Below are positions 40,001 through 50,466 of a DNA stretch of 64,000 bases, in pieces; the first letter of the stretch is position 1; each line of letters starts with the position of its first letter. This DNA is from Orbicella franksi. Its lineage: Eukaryota. Where the stretch lies: positions 28,644,001 to 28,708,000 of the forward strand of contig OZ116699.1 of assembly GCA_964199315.1 (NCBI GenBank). Direction: 5' to 3'. Made by a program: the position numbers and the translations under genes. The notes beneath the pieces were generated by a model. It had not been told where the DNA came from. It saw only the letters and a program-made list of their open reading frames with translations, and searched no databases.

Positions 40001-41723
40001 AAGCCTTGTATGTTATCTTTCAGGAATTGTAGTAGGTGGACCTGATGAAAAACCAGTGGAATATTGCGACATATTGGTCAATGGTACTGTTGTTGCATTC
40101 TCCGATTTTGACGGGACTTTTGAGGTACCTGTGCCCAAGTCTATAAAGCGATTAGTGGTGACATTTCGAGATTATATGGAGGAATACGAAGAATCAACAG
40201 TAGTGCTTCCTTTCCGAAAAGGCACGACAACATTTCACAAAATCCATCTCCGCCCGGAAGCGCCACCAATCGAGTTTGACGCAGAAGAAGAAAAGGCAGT
40301 GCCGATTGCGAGCGATGAAACAGCAGAGGTTATCATACCAGCTAATAGTTTGATTGACAAGGACGGAAATCCTAAAAAAGGCAAGGCTAAGGTGAAAATA
40401 CAGTTCAACGATCCCAGGAACGAGCGAGACATTCTAGAATCACCGGGAGATTTCACTACTGTAGATGAAGATGGTGAAGAACAATTGCTCAGAACGTATG
40501 GCCTTTTCAAGATTAAAATACAGGATGACAACAACCAAAACCTTGGCCTCACTAAGAATCTTCACATTAACATTGATCTTGAACGACTGACCGGTGAGAA
40601 GTTTGACGAATCTGAACCCTTTCCCCATTTGTGGTTGCTAGATGAGAAAACCGGTAGATGGGTGGACGCAGGAGAACTTAAACGAAACCAAGAACTAACA
40701 CAACGTCCCAAGAGACAATTAAGGAACAGGGCATTTTCTGGAGAAATAACACCTGAGAACTTAGGATATGTATGCAACGTGGATAGAATTCAACAACGGT
40801 GTTTAGCTAGGGTTAGAGCTAACGCTGAGGGGGGAGGAATAGACGGTGCAAAAGTCACTAGTATTTTCGTAAATGAGGAGAATAGTGCGCGTCAAGTCCT
40901 TCAAGGGTACCGATACGCACACACTAACTCAGATGGGTATGCATGCATCTTGACTCAGTGCAACAGCAAAGGCTATCTCGAGGTGGAGAAGGATGGATTG
41001 CCTTTACTGCCTAATCAAATAGAAGTGGACCGCCTCCCTCCAGAAACAGGTGCTTCTATTGCAGATGATCGGAGAATCAAATTTACCCCAGGTGCACGGC
41101 TAAATAATGGCCCTGTTTATCAGAGAAGCCAATCAGGTTCTTGCTATAGTGAGAGTGGAGGTCAGAGCTTCTTCGCATTTCACAGTCAAAACAACAGACA
41201 AGGAGTCTTCAATCAAGGATACGTTCCGGAACCTAACTACCAAGGGCGATTTTTGCGTTCCTCCGTTCGCCAACGATGCTTCTTAAAAGTCTTGACCACT
41301 GGAACCACAAGAACCCTGATAAAGGCAGAGAGCTATTCCCAAGATGGGCAAACAAAGTTTGGAGAAGCAACTAAACAAACCGAACCAGTAAATAACAACC
41401 GTAATTTATTTGCAACATGCTTAGAGCACAGGTGTCCTGAACGGGATGCCACATTGATTCGCTTTACAGTGTTAACGGGAGAATGCCGAAGAAGTTTTGT
41501 ACAAGACACTTTAGGTAGCGGTAGAAACAGCGGCCTAGCACCAAATGTCGCGAGAATTTTGACACCAGTGGGCGACGAATTGTCCGGCACTTCTTTAGGA
41601 ATCTGGCAACCCAGGGGTAACTTTGATATGCAGCAATTTGAGACTACCTGTCTCAATTCAAGAATAGAGATTGCCGGTGGGGCTTCTAAAGGTTTTGCGG
41701 TTAGATTCAATTGCAACAACTGA
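31057..41723 (+). CDS. CILP: Cartilage intermediate layer protein (CILP)-like secreted protein: signal peptide, Kazal, EF-hand pair, 2xTSP1, carboxypeptidase-regulatory-like, Ig, Cys-rich, CILP C-terminal region with furin-type site
   Basis: Phase-compatible exons 31057-31110 (alternative 29548-29601), 32161-32221, 32561-32791 (Kazal), 33828-33952, 34393-34579 (EF hands WDTNRNKRLDEEE and CDIDGNPGISKQEW), 34994-35164 (TSP1), 35701-35724, 36887-37060 (TSP1), 37623-37898, 38329-38434 and 38857-39014 (Ig), 39240-39533, 40024-41723. RPKR (40704-40715) followed by ...NVD....RC..RVRA parallels vertebrate CILP RRNKR...NLD...RRCFVKVRA (recalled). Confidence 0.88.
33535..33712 (-). repeat. tRNA-headed interspersed repeat (SINE-like)
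   Basis: Reverse complement contains GTAGAACACTGCACCCGTATCGCAGAGGTCATGGGTTCGAATCCCGTTCAGGCC plus the body shared with 16820-17030 and 59630-59820. Confidence 0.75.
36385..36690 (+). mobile_element. tRNA-derived SINE with CORE/Deu-like central domain
   Basis: tRNA-like head; ctcccacagtgcctctctccacccaggtatgcatatgggtactgg; tail gtagaaatactcctagtc...cacttggctcgtatg. Same family as 37161-37467 and the partial copy at ~18300-18410. Confidence 0.75.
37161..37467 (+). mobile_element. tRNA-derived SINE (same family as 36385-36690)
   Basis: ggtggcctcatggttag...gttcgagccc head; ttcttgggcaagacactttactctcacagtgcctctct core; gagccacttggctcgtatgcagactt tail. Confidence 0.8.
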
Positions 41724-41892
41724 ACCCCACAGAGACCCAACTGACAGCGCACAGCTTTTATTAGGGATTGCCATGCATGTTACAGTTTTACTTAATTCTT
41801 TAGCTTACTGAAACCTATAAATAGAAAATCATGTCACAAAGGTCAGAATAGAAACTGAACAGATGGTCTACAAAGAATAATGCAAAGACCTT

Positions 41893-42277
41893 GGGGAGAC
41901 GAATGGTTGTTAAAAAAGTGGTTCTCGCAAAATTTTTATCGAATTTTGATGGGTCTCACATTCTCGATTTTTTTACCAAGCTGTCTCTGGTTTTCGACTT
42001 TTTGCAAGCTTCAGGAAGTCCCGAGTCGCTTGATATATTGAATTTCAGTAACGCAACTTTTCACAGAGAAAAGGTTAAACCTAAATTATGGTAAATTGTC
42101 TGGATTCCAAAAAACAGCTAGCTTGTTCTAGAATGTGGTGACGTAGCGTCATAGTAGAATTACCCGGGCAACTAGACTCGGTTTCGCAATTTAAGAACTC
42201 AAAATGTCTCAGGCTCATCAAAGAAAAATGCTAGCCTTGCCTTCTCGCAAAGTCTCGCATTTACCATTCGTCACCCC
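41893..42277. mobile_element. MITE
   Basis: GGGGAGACGAATGGT ... ACCATTCGTCACCCC terminal inverted repeats. Confidence 0.65.
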
Positions 42278-43073
42278 AAAGAGTGAAGACTAGAAACAAA
42301 GCCCTTGATTCAGTTATATGCATAATTATCGTAGAACAAAGCCTACATAGCATTTGTGAGGAGTGTTGACTTGACCGATTTAGAAAAGTCAAACGATAAC
42401 TTATAGTATAGGAGTTAAACAAATTTCTTTTCAGAACTGGTATCTTGCACTTCCTCCTCTTTACACCATTTTGGTGTAAATTGTGACGTTTAAAACACCA
42501 TCAGTCCTGACACATAATGGACGCAGAATATCAAATAACAAGAAATCAGTTTTTAACAGCATGACGCCAAAAATGAAATCCATCCCATTTGAATCATAAA
42601 TACTTCCAAGCAGGATCAAGCATGCTAAACTATCAAAAGTTAAACTTCTGCGCAAACATACAGAAGTCTCCTTCTTAAGTCACATTAAATCTGATTTTAT
42701 CGCATTATTTTGTTAATCAATGTGTTACAATCACCAGCTATTAAGTTGTCGTGATATGTTTAGAAAAAACTATGGCAGTCTTTAGTAGTGCATGCAAAGC
42801 AGATCCAAAGGTGATCAAATGGAAGAGGGAAGAGGCGAGGGGGTGGTAGAAAGTGAGATGGCTCTTTCTTACTCAATTCTTGACAAAATATGGGGTAGAG
42901 AATTTGGGCCCCCTCTTGCTTTAATGAAAAGGGTGTGGCAATTTTGGCTAGATTTTAGATTATAAATATACACCTTTTATATATTAAAAATAATGTCAAA
43001 TAATGGAGCATGATCGTTTTTATTGACATAGCTGTGTTGGAGAGCCTCATTGTATGTATTTTGAAATCAGATA

Positions 43074-43179
43074 ATGCTTCATTTATTCCGTACAAGTTCC
43101 ATGCATTTAGCCTTGATTTCTGCCACTCTCTTGGGTCTGATTCCTGGAGAGTGTGCGCTCCTTTCCCAAGCAACAGCTG
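43074..43179 (+). CDS. Putative orphan signal-peptide exon
   Basis: aaatcag|ataATG; MLHLFRTSSMHLALISATLLGLIPGECALLSQATA(G)|gtaatt, phase-1 donor; hydrophobic core with an E-C-A type cleavage context. Confidence 0.4.
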
Positions 43180-44147
43180 GTAATTGAGTCAAATGTGCAT
43201 TACATTTCATGCTGAGCATGACATCAGAACAGGGCCAGAGAAGTTTGAAATTAACCCAATCTGTACAGTGAATGGTTACCCTGTCAATATTAGCATAAAA
43301 GCAGGAAATTAAGTCACACTAGCTCAGCGCAATTGAACCGTCAAAAATGTTGAGTCAAAATGTTTGTTAGGTGAAACTAGAGTTTGTCTAGCAGGACATA
43401 TGGTCTTACGCCTTATGGTGTAATGTTTTGGCTTTTAAAAACCATTTCAAAATGTTTTTACTTAAGTTCAAGAAGGGTAACATCATGTTACATTCCAGAA
43501 CATTGTTGTGCTGTCATTATTTGGAAAATGTTGCAGCCTAACAGAGATTTCTTTTTATCAAAATGTTTCTTTTGCTTTTCTAGCTATGTGGCAAGAACGT
43601 CTTTAAAATCTTTCATAGGTATTTAAGGAAAGAAAAAAAATACTGTTTAAATGTTGCGGACGTTATGTAACGTCCACAAATCAGATTTTTGTTATATCTA
43701 TTTTTAGAAAAGTTCAGGGTAAAATTTATATCTCTTATACATTAGCCCCAGTGAGGGATTTTTTCTTATACAAGCGTTTGCAGTCCAATATATTTTCCAA
43801 GTTTTATACAGCAAGTTAAAACTTTGCTACTTAATTATACGTTGTCAATTTTTTTTTTAAATTAACCACCGTACTTACTTTGGGGCCTCCCTGAATACAT
43901 AGTTGTCACAAGGGAGCTGAAATATATTTTTCTGTGTAGTATAACTTGTTTTCAATGTAGTACAGGGAATAATTTCAAGTCCAACGTCTTTTTTAAAATC
44001 TTGATTCTGACACCACTCAAGTGGGTGGAAATAGACAACAGCGATCTTTAATGAAGATGACTGCTTAAAAAGTGTTACTAAAAAGGGTCAGGTTCCACTT
44101 CACAGGTTCATTTATATCTCTGGAGCCACACTCTTTCAGTTCCCAGT

Positions 44148-45150
44148 TCAACCTAAAACTTCTGGCAAACCCACCACAAAGTCCCTCCTTAAACATAAAA
44201 GGCAACAACGCATATATTTTGCTTCCCAAGGCATAGTAATGTCTGCACTCCACACACCTTGGTTGATATCATATCGCTCAGCCACTTTTCGTTGTTCTAA
44301 GGTCACATTAGCTCCCCCAACTCCCCCAAAGACATAAATTGTCTTCCCTATGATAGCAGCCCCAGCAAAGTACCGCGGAACATGCATTGAAGCAACAGAT
44401 TGCCATTGTTCAGAAACAGTAGAATACACTTCACAACTAGGAAGAGCAATGCGCACATTACACTCGTTACCCATAGCAAAAATAGATGACCCTGAAGATA
44501 CAGCACATGCTCCACCTCTAGGTTGTAACATTGAAGGAACGTCTGTCCATGTGTCTTGTTCTGGGTCATACCTCTCAACAGAGCTAAGATATTCGCCATC
44601 TCCAGCTCTCATTCCACCAATCGCGTACAGGAACTGCCCGTCACTTACTGCACATGTGATTTCTCGTGGGACATTCAATTGGGTTCCCAGAGTCCAGATG
44701 TTGATGGAAGGAACATAAATTTGTAATGTTCCTCTGTTGACCCTTGAAGCACCAATAACATAAATGCAATTTTTTAAGGATGCAACTGCTGGAAATAAAA
44801 CCTCTTTTAACATAGGCGACATGGTGGTCCAGGTGTTTGTTTTCAGATTGAACTTCTCAAGCGCATTTGATACCATGCCATTTCTTTCTCCTCCAACAGT
44901 ATACAGCTCTCTTTCATGCTCAACAAATCCATGCCAGTTAATTTAGTTTGGAAAATGCTCCAATTCAAACCAATTGTATTCCTCTGGGACATAACACTGG
45001 ACTGAAGTTTGTTGAGTTTCCCTGCTCCTTTGTGCACCGCAAATGGTAATAACAACATCAATGGCAGGTTGAAGACATTTCCTCGGTTTTTGAGAAAACA
45101 AAACTTCAGATGAAGCATTACTGTCTACAGCCTGCTCAACCAGTTCTATG
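44148..45150 (-). pseudogene. Kelch-like (KLHL-type) pseudogene: kelch repeats only, BTB/BACK missing, one in-frame stop
   Basis: Kelch motifs LYTVGG, FLYAIGG...SVERYDPEQDTW, IYVFGG...ERYD. ORFs 44943-45188 and 44148-44876 share a frame, separated by TAA at 44943-44945. Intronless; the 5' end abuts the CILP Ig fragment. Confidence 0.85.
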
Positions 45151-45281
45151 TAAGAAGAGTAATAACAATGAAACTTTAGTGCTAACAAAAGTTGGAAAGA
45201 ACGTGGTCGGAGATTTCCGATGCCGTGCAGTAAACGAATTCGGAGCAGAATTTTCGGAGCCAGCGACCTTAACAGTTCTTG
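45150..45281 (+). pseudogene. 5'-truncated copy of the CILP Ig exon
   Basis: NNNETLVLTKVGKNVVGDFRCRAVNEFGAEFSEPATLTVL|gtaagt is near-identical to 38893-39014; the upstream part and acceptor are replaced by kelch sequence. Confidence 0.85.
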
Positions 45282-45652
45282 GTAAGTGCCTTTATCTTCA
45301 ACGTTATACCTGTTTCAAAGCTGCCTTTCCATCTTATCAGCCCCTCTGCATTGGTTTGGCCGGACAAAAGAGCCCTTCCGCATCAATTAACATTCTATGC
45401 ATGCATCACATTTTTTCCATATTAGCAGTTAAGAAGTTCTGCTTTATGTACTTTACGTATGAACTGCTTTAATGACGGTCTATTTTTCTCTTTCCCAAAC
45501 CCCATCCTTCGCATTCTCCTTCGTTCAAATCCCTCTCGGAGTCAGTAATTTTTCCATGATTTAGCGCCGGATGTGGAAATAAAATGTCCATCTACGAAGA
45601 TGCTTCACAGCATCACTTGTCACTGACCAAAGCCTTGTATGTTATCTTTCAG

Positions 45653-47391
45653 GAATTGTAGTAGGTGGACCTGATGAAAGACCAGTGCAATGTTGCGACA
45701 TTTTTGTCAACGGTGCTGTTGTTGCATTCTCCAATTTTGATGGGACTTTTGAGATACCTGTGCCAAAGCCAGCAAAGCGATTAGTGGCGACATTTCGAGA
45801 TTATATGGAAGAATACGAAGAAGAAACAGTAGTGCTTCCTTTTCGAAAAGGAACGACAACATTTCATAAAATTCACCTCCGCCCGGAAGCGCCACCAATC
45901 GAGTTTGACGCAGAAGAAGAAAAGGCAGTGCCGATTGCGAGCGATGAGACAGCAGAGGTAATCATACCAGCAAATAGTTTGATTGACAAGGACGGAAATC
46001 CTAAAAATGGCAAGGCTAAGGTGAAAATACAGTTCAACGATCCCAGGAACGAGCGAGACATTCTAGAATCACCTGGCGATTTCACTAATGTAGATGAAGA
46101 TGGTGAAGAACAACTGCTCAGAACGTATGGCCTTTTTAAGATTAAACTACAGGACGACAGCAACCAAAACCTTGGCCTCACTAAGAATCTTCACATTAAC
46201 ATTGATCTTGAACGACTGACCGGTGAGAAGTTTGACGAATCTGAACCCTTTCCCCATTTGTGGTTGCTAGATGAGAAAACCGGTAGATGGGTGGACGCAG
46301 GAGAACTTAAACGAAACCAAGAACTAACACAACGTCCCAAGAGACAATTAAGGAACAGGGCATTTTCTGGAGAAATAACACCTGAGAACTTAGGATTTGT
46401 ATGCAACGTGGATAGAATTCAACAACGGTGTTTAGCCAAGGATAGAGCTAACGCTGAGGGGGAAGGAATAGACGGTGCAAAAGTCACTAGTATTTTCGTA
46501 AATGGAGAGAATAGTGCGCGTCAAGTCCTTCAAGGGTACCAATACGCCCACACTAACTCAGATGGGTATGCATGCATCTTGACTCAGTGCGACAGCGAAG
46601 GCTATCTCGAGGTGGAGAAGGATGGATTGCCTTTACTACCTAATCAAGTGGACCGCCTCCCTCCCGAAACGGGTGCTTCTGTTGTAGATAAGCGAAGAAT
46701 CAAATTTAATCCAGGTGCACAGACTGTTAATGGCCCAGTTTACCAGGAAAGCGAAGAGGAGTCTTGTAAAAGGGAGAGTGCGGGCCAGAGCTTCTTCTCA
46801 TCTCACCCTCAAGAGAACAGACCAGTAGTCTTCAACCAAAAATATGTTCCTCTGGTAGATGAACAGGATTTCCGCGCGTCGTCGCGTTTCAAACGATGCT
46901 TCGTTAAGATCTTGACTTCTGGAACGACAAGAACCCTTGTGAAGGCAGAAAGTTTCTCCCCAGATGGACAAACAAAGCTTGGAGAAACGGTTAAACAAAC
47001 CGAAGAAGTCGATAATTTATATGCAGCATGCCTAGAGTACAGTTGTCCCCAAGTAAGGATGACGCTAATTCACTTTACGGTGTTAACGGGAGAATGCCAA
47101 AGAAGCAAAGTGCAAAAACGCCTGGGTGCGGGAGATGTCAGTGGCCTAGCACCAAACGTGGAGAGAGTTGTCATACCAACTGGTGACGTTTTGTCTGGCA
47201 GTGCTTTTGGAATTTTCGAATGGTCGTCCGGGGTCGCCAGCCCAAGTTTGGAGGAATTCGACGAGACTTGCGTTAATTTTGCGATAGACGAAAATGGTGG
47301 AGGTGAATTAAAAGGTTTTGCAGTAAACTTTATTTGTGCAACGGAAATTCCTTATGGACCGCTAAAACGTCAATTTATAGGCTTAGAGTAA
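45653..47391 (+). CDS. CILP: Second CILP C-terminal exon (intact ~580-codon frame); partial paralogue or alternative last exon
   Basis: Same acceptor gttatctttcag|gaattgtagtaggtgga as 40024; open to TAA at 47391; RPKR at 46333-46344; cysteines conserved with copy 1. Confidence 0.8.
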
Positions 47392-49990
47392 GCTTTTAAA
47401 CGCAAAAAATGTTACATTTCTACTAAAAGTGAATGGACGTAGAGATATTAGTTGAAAAGGACTAACAAACGTGTAATTTGATTTGTGTTTCGTGGTCTTG
47501 TAACTGTAGAATACAACAGCGAAGTAAGTCACGATCTTATGCTCCTGTAAGGACGATAGTGCTGACATAGCCCGATTTAGCTTGTTAAACAAAAACTTCC
47601 ATTACAAACGCCCCAGCAAAACGGAAACAATTAACAAACAACCTCTATTAAGAACTGGATCGTTGGATAATGCAGTTCGAGAGTTTTCATTGGCTTGGCC
47701 ATCATGGGTTCTGAGTCAATATAGAATACTCTGCAAATATGGTAAGCGTCCGCATGATTTTTTCTGGCGTTTTTGTTTTTATTTTACTCTAGTTTCTATA
47801 TTTTGGGAGCGTTTTTGACAAAACAATGATGTCACTCGCGTTTGTTGAATATGAGAAGATTATAGCCAATTTGGCGCTACGCGCGTCTTTGGCTATCTGC
47901 CATCTCACATCTAACACGCGCTCGTGGAATCATTAAAAATTATAAACAAAAAGCAACTTCTCTTTTCAAAACCTTAGGATTTATTAAAACCTTGCTTTGA
48001 TTAAGTTGTGCTTCTCCGAAAAGATACAGAAGTTCACTCTATTATTCCTGGATTATACATCTTCCAATTGAAAGAAAAAACCCTCTCGTGAGTTTTCACC
48101 CGTTTGCCAAGCGTTACTACCGTCAAAGTTTTGAAAGCTAGGTCTGGTTTTCGAGTGATAAATATGTGTTACATCGACCGCCATCTTCTCTCGCGCGTGA
48201 GTTGAAGACACCCTTCCCGGCATGCATTGCGATAACGTCGCATGGACGTGGCATAGTAAACATCGATGAACTCTTGGCAATTAAATATGAAATACGTTTT
48301 TGCAATGAAAGTTGACAAATTTAACTTGTCCTGCTCATACGTATTCAGCTCAGCTAAAATTGTTTAATATGTGTCCATGTTTAGCCCCAAACTCTCTACT
48401 TACCGAAAAGCTCACATGTCCAAGCTCAGTTTTACCATGTTGAACATTTGCAGGAGCCATAGTCGGGGACGGAGACCGTTAGTCTTGGGATCTGCGCGCA
48501 CCTATGATGTGGAACAATTTTTCTATATATTTTAGAGCAAATTGCGCCATCCTAACGTCATATATCCGCGCGGATCCACGTACATGTCAGGGGCTCTCGC
48601 GCGGATGTTGCCACGTTGCGTGATCAAATGGTGAGAGTTGCGAGATTCTCTTGCAGCGTTTTCACAGCGATGACAGGGAATAAGAACCAGGGCTCTTATA
48701 TGTAGTTTTATGCTCTGAGCTTATGGAAAAGGTAAGTTTTTCAGGGCCTAAAACACGACTTTAATTTCGCGCTGTGAATGAATAATATCTGCTCGCGCTG
48801 GTTGTACGCGTAAGCTTTTGCGTTTGTTCTGTAAAGAAAAGTTATGTAAGAAAACTCTTTACTCTGGTATCGAGTTAATTTGTGAGTTTCCCAAACAATG
48901 CTTAATCCTAACCAAACCCTGTTTTTGATAGTTTCTTATTGTTCCTGTACATGTTTGTTTGGCGAGTTTGCAAAAGTTTTTGAAAGGAAAGTCTCATTTG
49001 CATATTGCAGCGCGTGCACTTTCAAATCCGAGTCGGTGTTTTCAATTGTCAACAAATCTTGACAAAGATTTCTTTCGTTGTCTTTTGTGCCGAGATGCTG
49101 CAACAATTTTCACCAGTACCAAAAGGCTACTCATTTCATGTGTTTCTTTAACATAGTGAAATTTTACACTGCGAAAATAAAATAGACAAGGAGTTTTGAT
49201 AACTCAACCAACAAAATCGGAATCGTTATTCGAGGTGATTACAGAAAGCGTCATCGCAATTTTGCTGATTATTTCTGCTGTATTCACCTATTTACAGCTA
49301 AGCTTTTAATATGTTCTCAAACATTTATCAACAACCTTAAACATAGTTAAAAACTAGGGATATTATATGAGTTCGATGTACGTTTTTATACGAAAGTGGG
49401 AAGTCCAATTTGTCAGGGTTTACTGACTGTACAAAACACGCATCGGCGGGCGCTCTTATTCATCGACAACAGACAATTTATTGGATTTTTACACAAAAAA
49501 GGCTAAACAGCGTCTACACATTCTCCTTTCCTGCTTCCGGGAAGCTAAAGTGATTTGTTTTATTCTTCCTTTGCTGAGTACAAACAATGAAACAATGTCT
49601 GGTCAAATTTGGCTGCTGATCTCCGAAATTCTAGTCCTTAAAAAAAAACGTTCGTTTTTCCCTTCCTTGTTATTCAGGATTGCGAGAACATATCGTGTAT
49701 TGAGTAACCGAAGATCTCTGTGACACTGCAATTCGACATTGGGCTAAACTGCCCGCCTGACGGTGACCTGTATGCGTGACTTCCTGTAATATTTTAAAAA
49801 GGATTTTTTTAAGGGAAATAAACATTAGCATAGGCATCCAATAAAGTTCTTGTTAGCACAATCTGTTGAAATTCCGAGAATACTCTAACCAGAGAACTAA
49901 AGATCTGAGGCACATACAACTCGTTTAGGCGTGTCTCAGTGAATTAGACAACATTAGACATCTATGGGCTTTGTGACAAAAACCAGTGTA

Positions 49991-50466
49991 CCGTAATCCT
50001 CGAATTAGCGCCCCGGGCGCTTATTTCAAATTTAGTAGAAGACAGGGAGCACTTATTCAAGGAAGGGGGCTAGGGGGGGGGGGGGGGAAGTTATTTAATT
50101 TTTCCCAAATCGTGGCCTGACATGATAATTTTTTAATACATCATCTGCGCGTAAACACCAACATAAGTTGTTTATTGACATGGAAAGCTGCCGTCCTAAA
50201 GTTTAAATCGCGGCAAAGTCAGTACTTAACGTGTTCAACGTGTTCACTAAACGTGTTTACAAACTGAAACAATGTGCAAATCTAATACTACATGACGAAA
50301 ACTATACATCCTTTGTTGTCTCATGACTCGTGCAGAAAATGGGGGGAAGGGGAAGGGAGCGCTTATTCGAGGGGGGACGCTTATTTTAAATTTCGGCTGA
50401 TAAGAGGGGCGCTTACCTGAGAGGGGGGAGGGGGGGGGGGGGCAACGCTAATTCGAGTATTTACGG
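49991..50466. mobile_element. TA-flanked MITE (Tc1/pogo-like termini)
   Basis: TA|CCGTAATCCTCGAATTAGCG ... CGCTAATTCGAGTATTTACGG|TA; internal G-runs. Confidence 0.75.

Noticed and set aside
43080-43282. Minus-strand open frame VTIHCTDW...RVAEIKAKCMELVRNK* with an AG acceptor
   Set aside because: No recognisable family or upstream exons; overlaps the + strand signal-peptide candidate, which has better support.
40235-46406. Antisense ORFs over the CILP, kelch and Gypsy frames (e.g. 40235-40552, 41333-41752, 44350-44718, 45873-46181)
   Set aside because: Shadow frames of real coding sequence.
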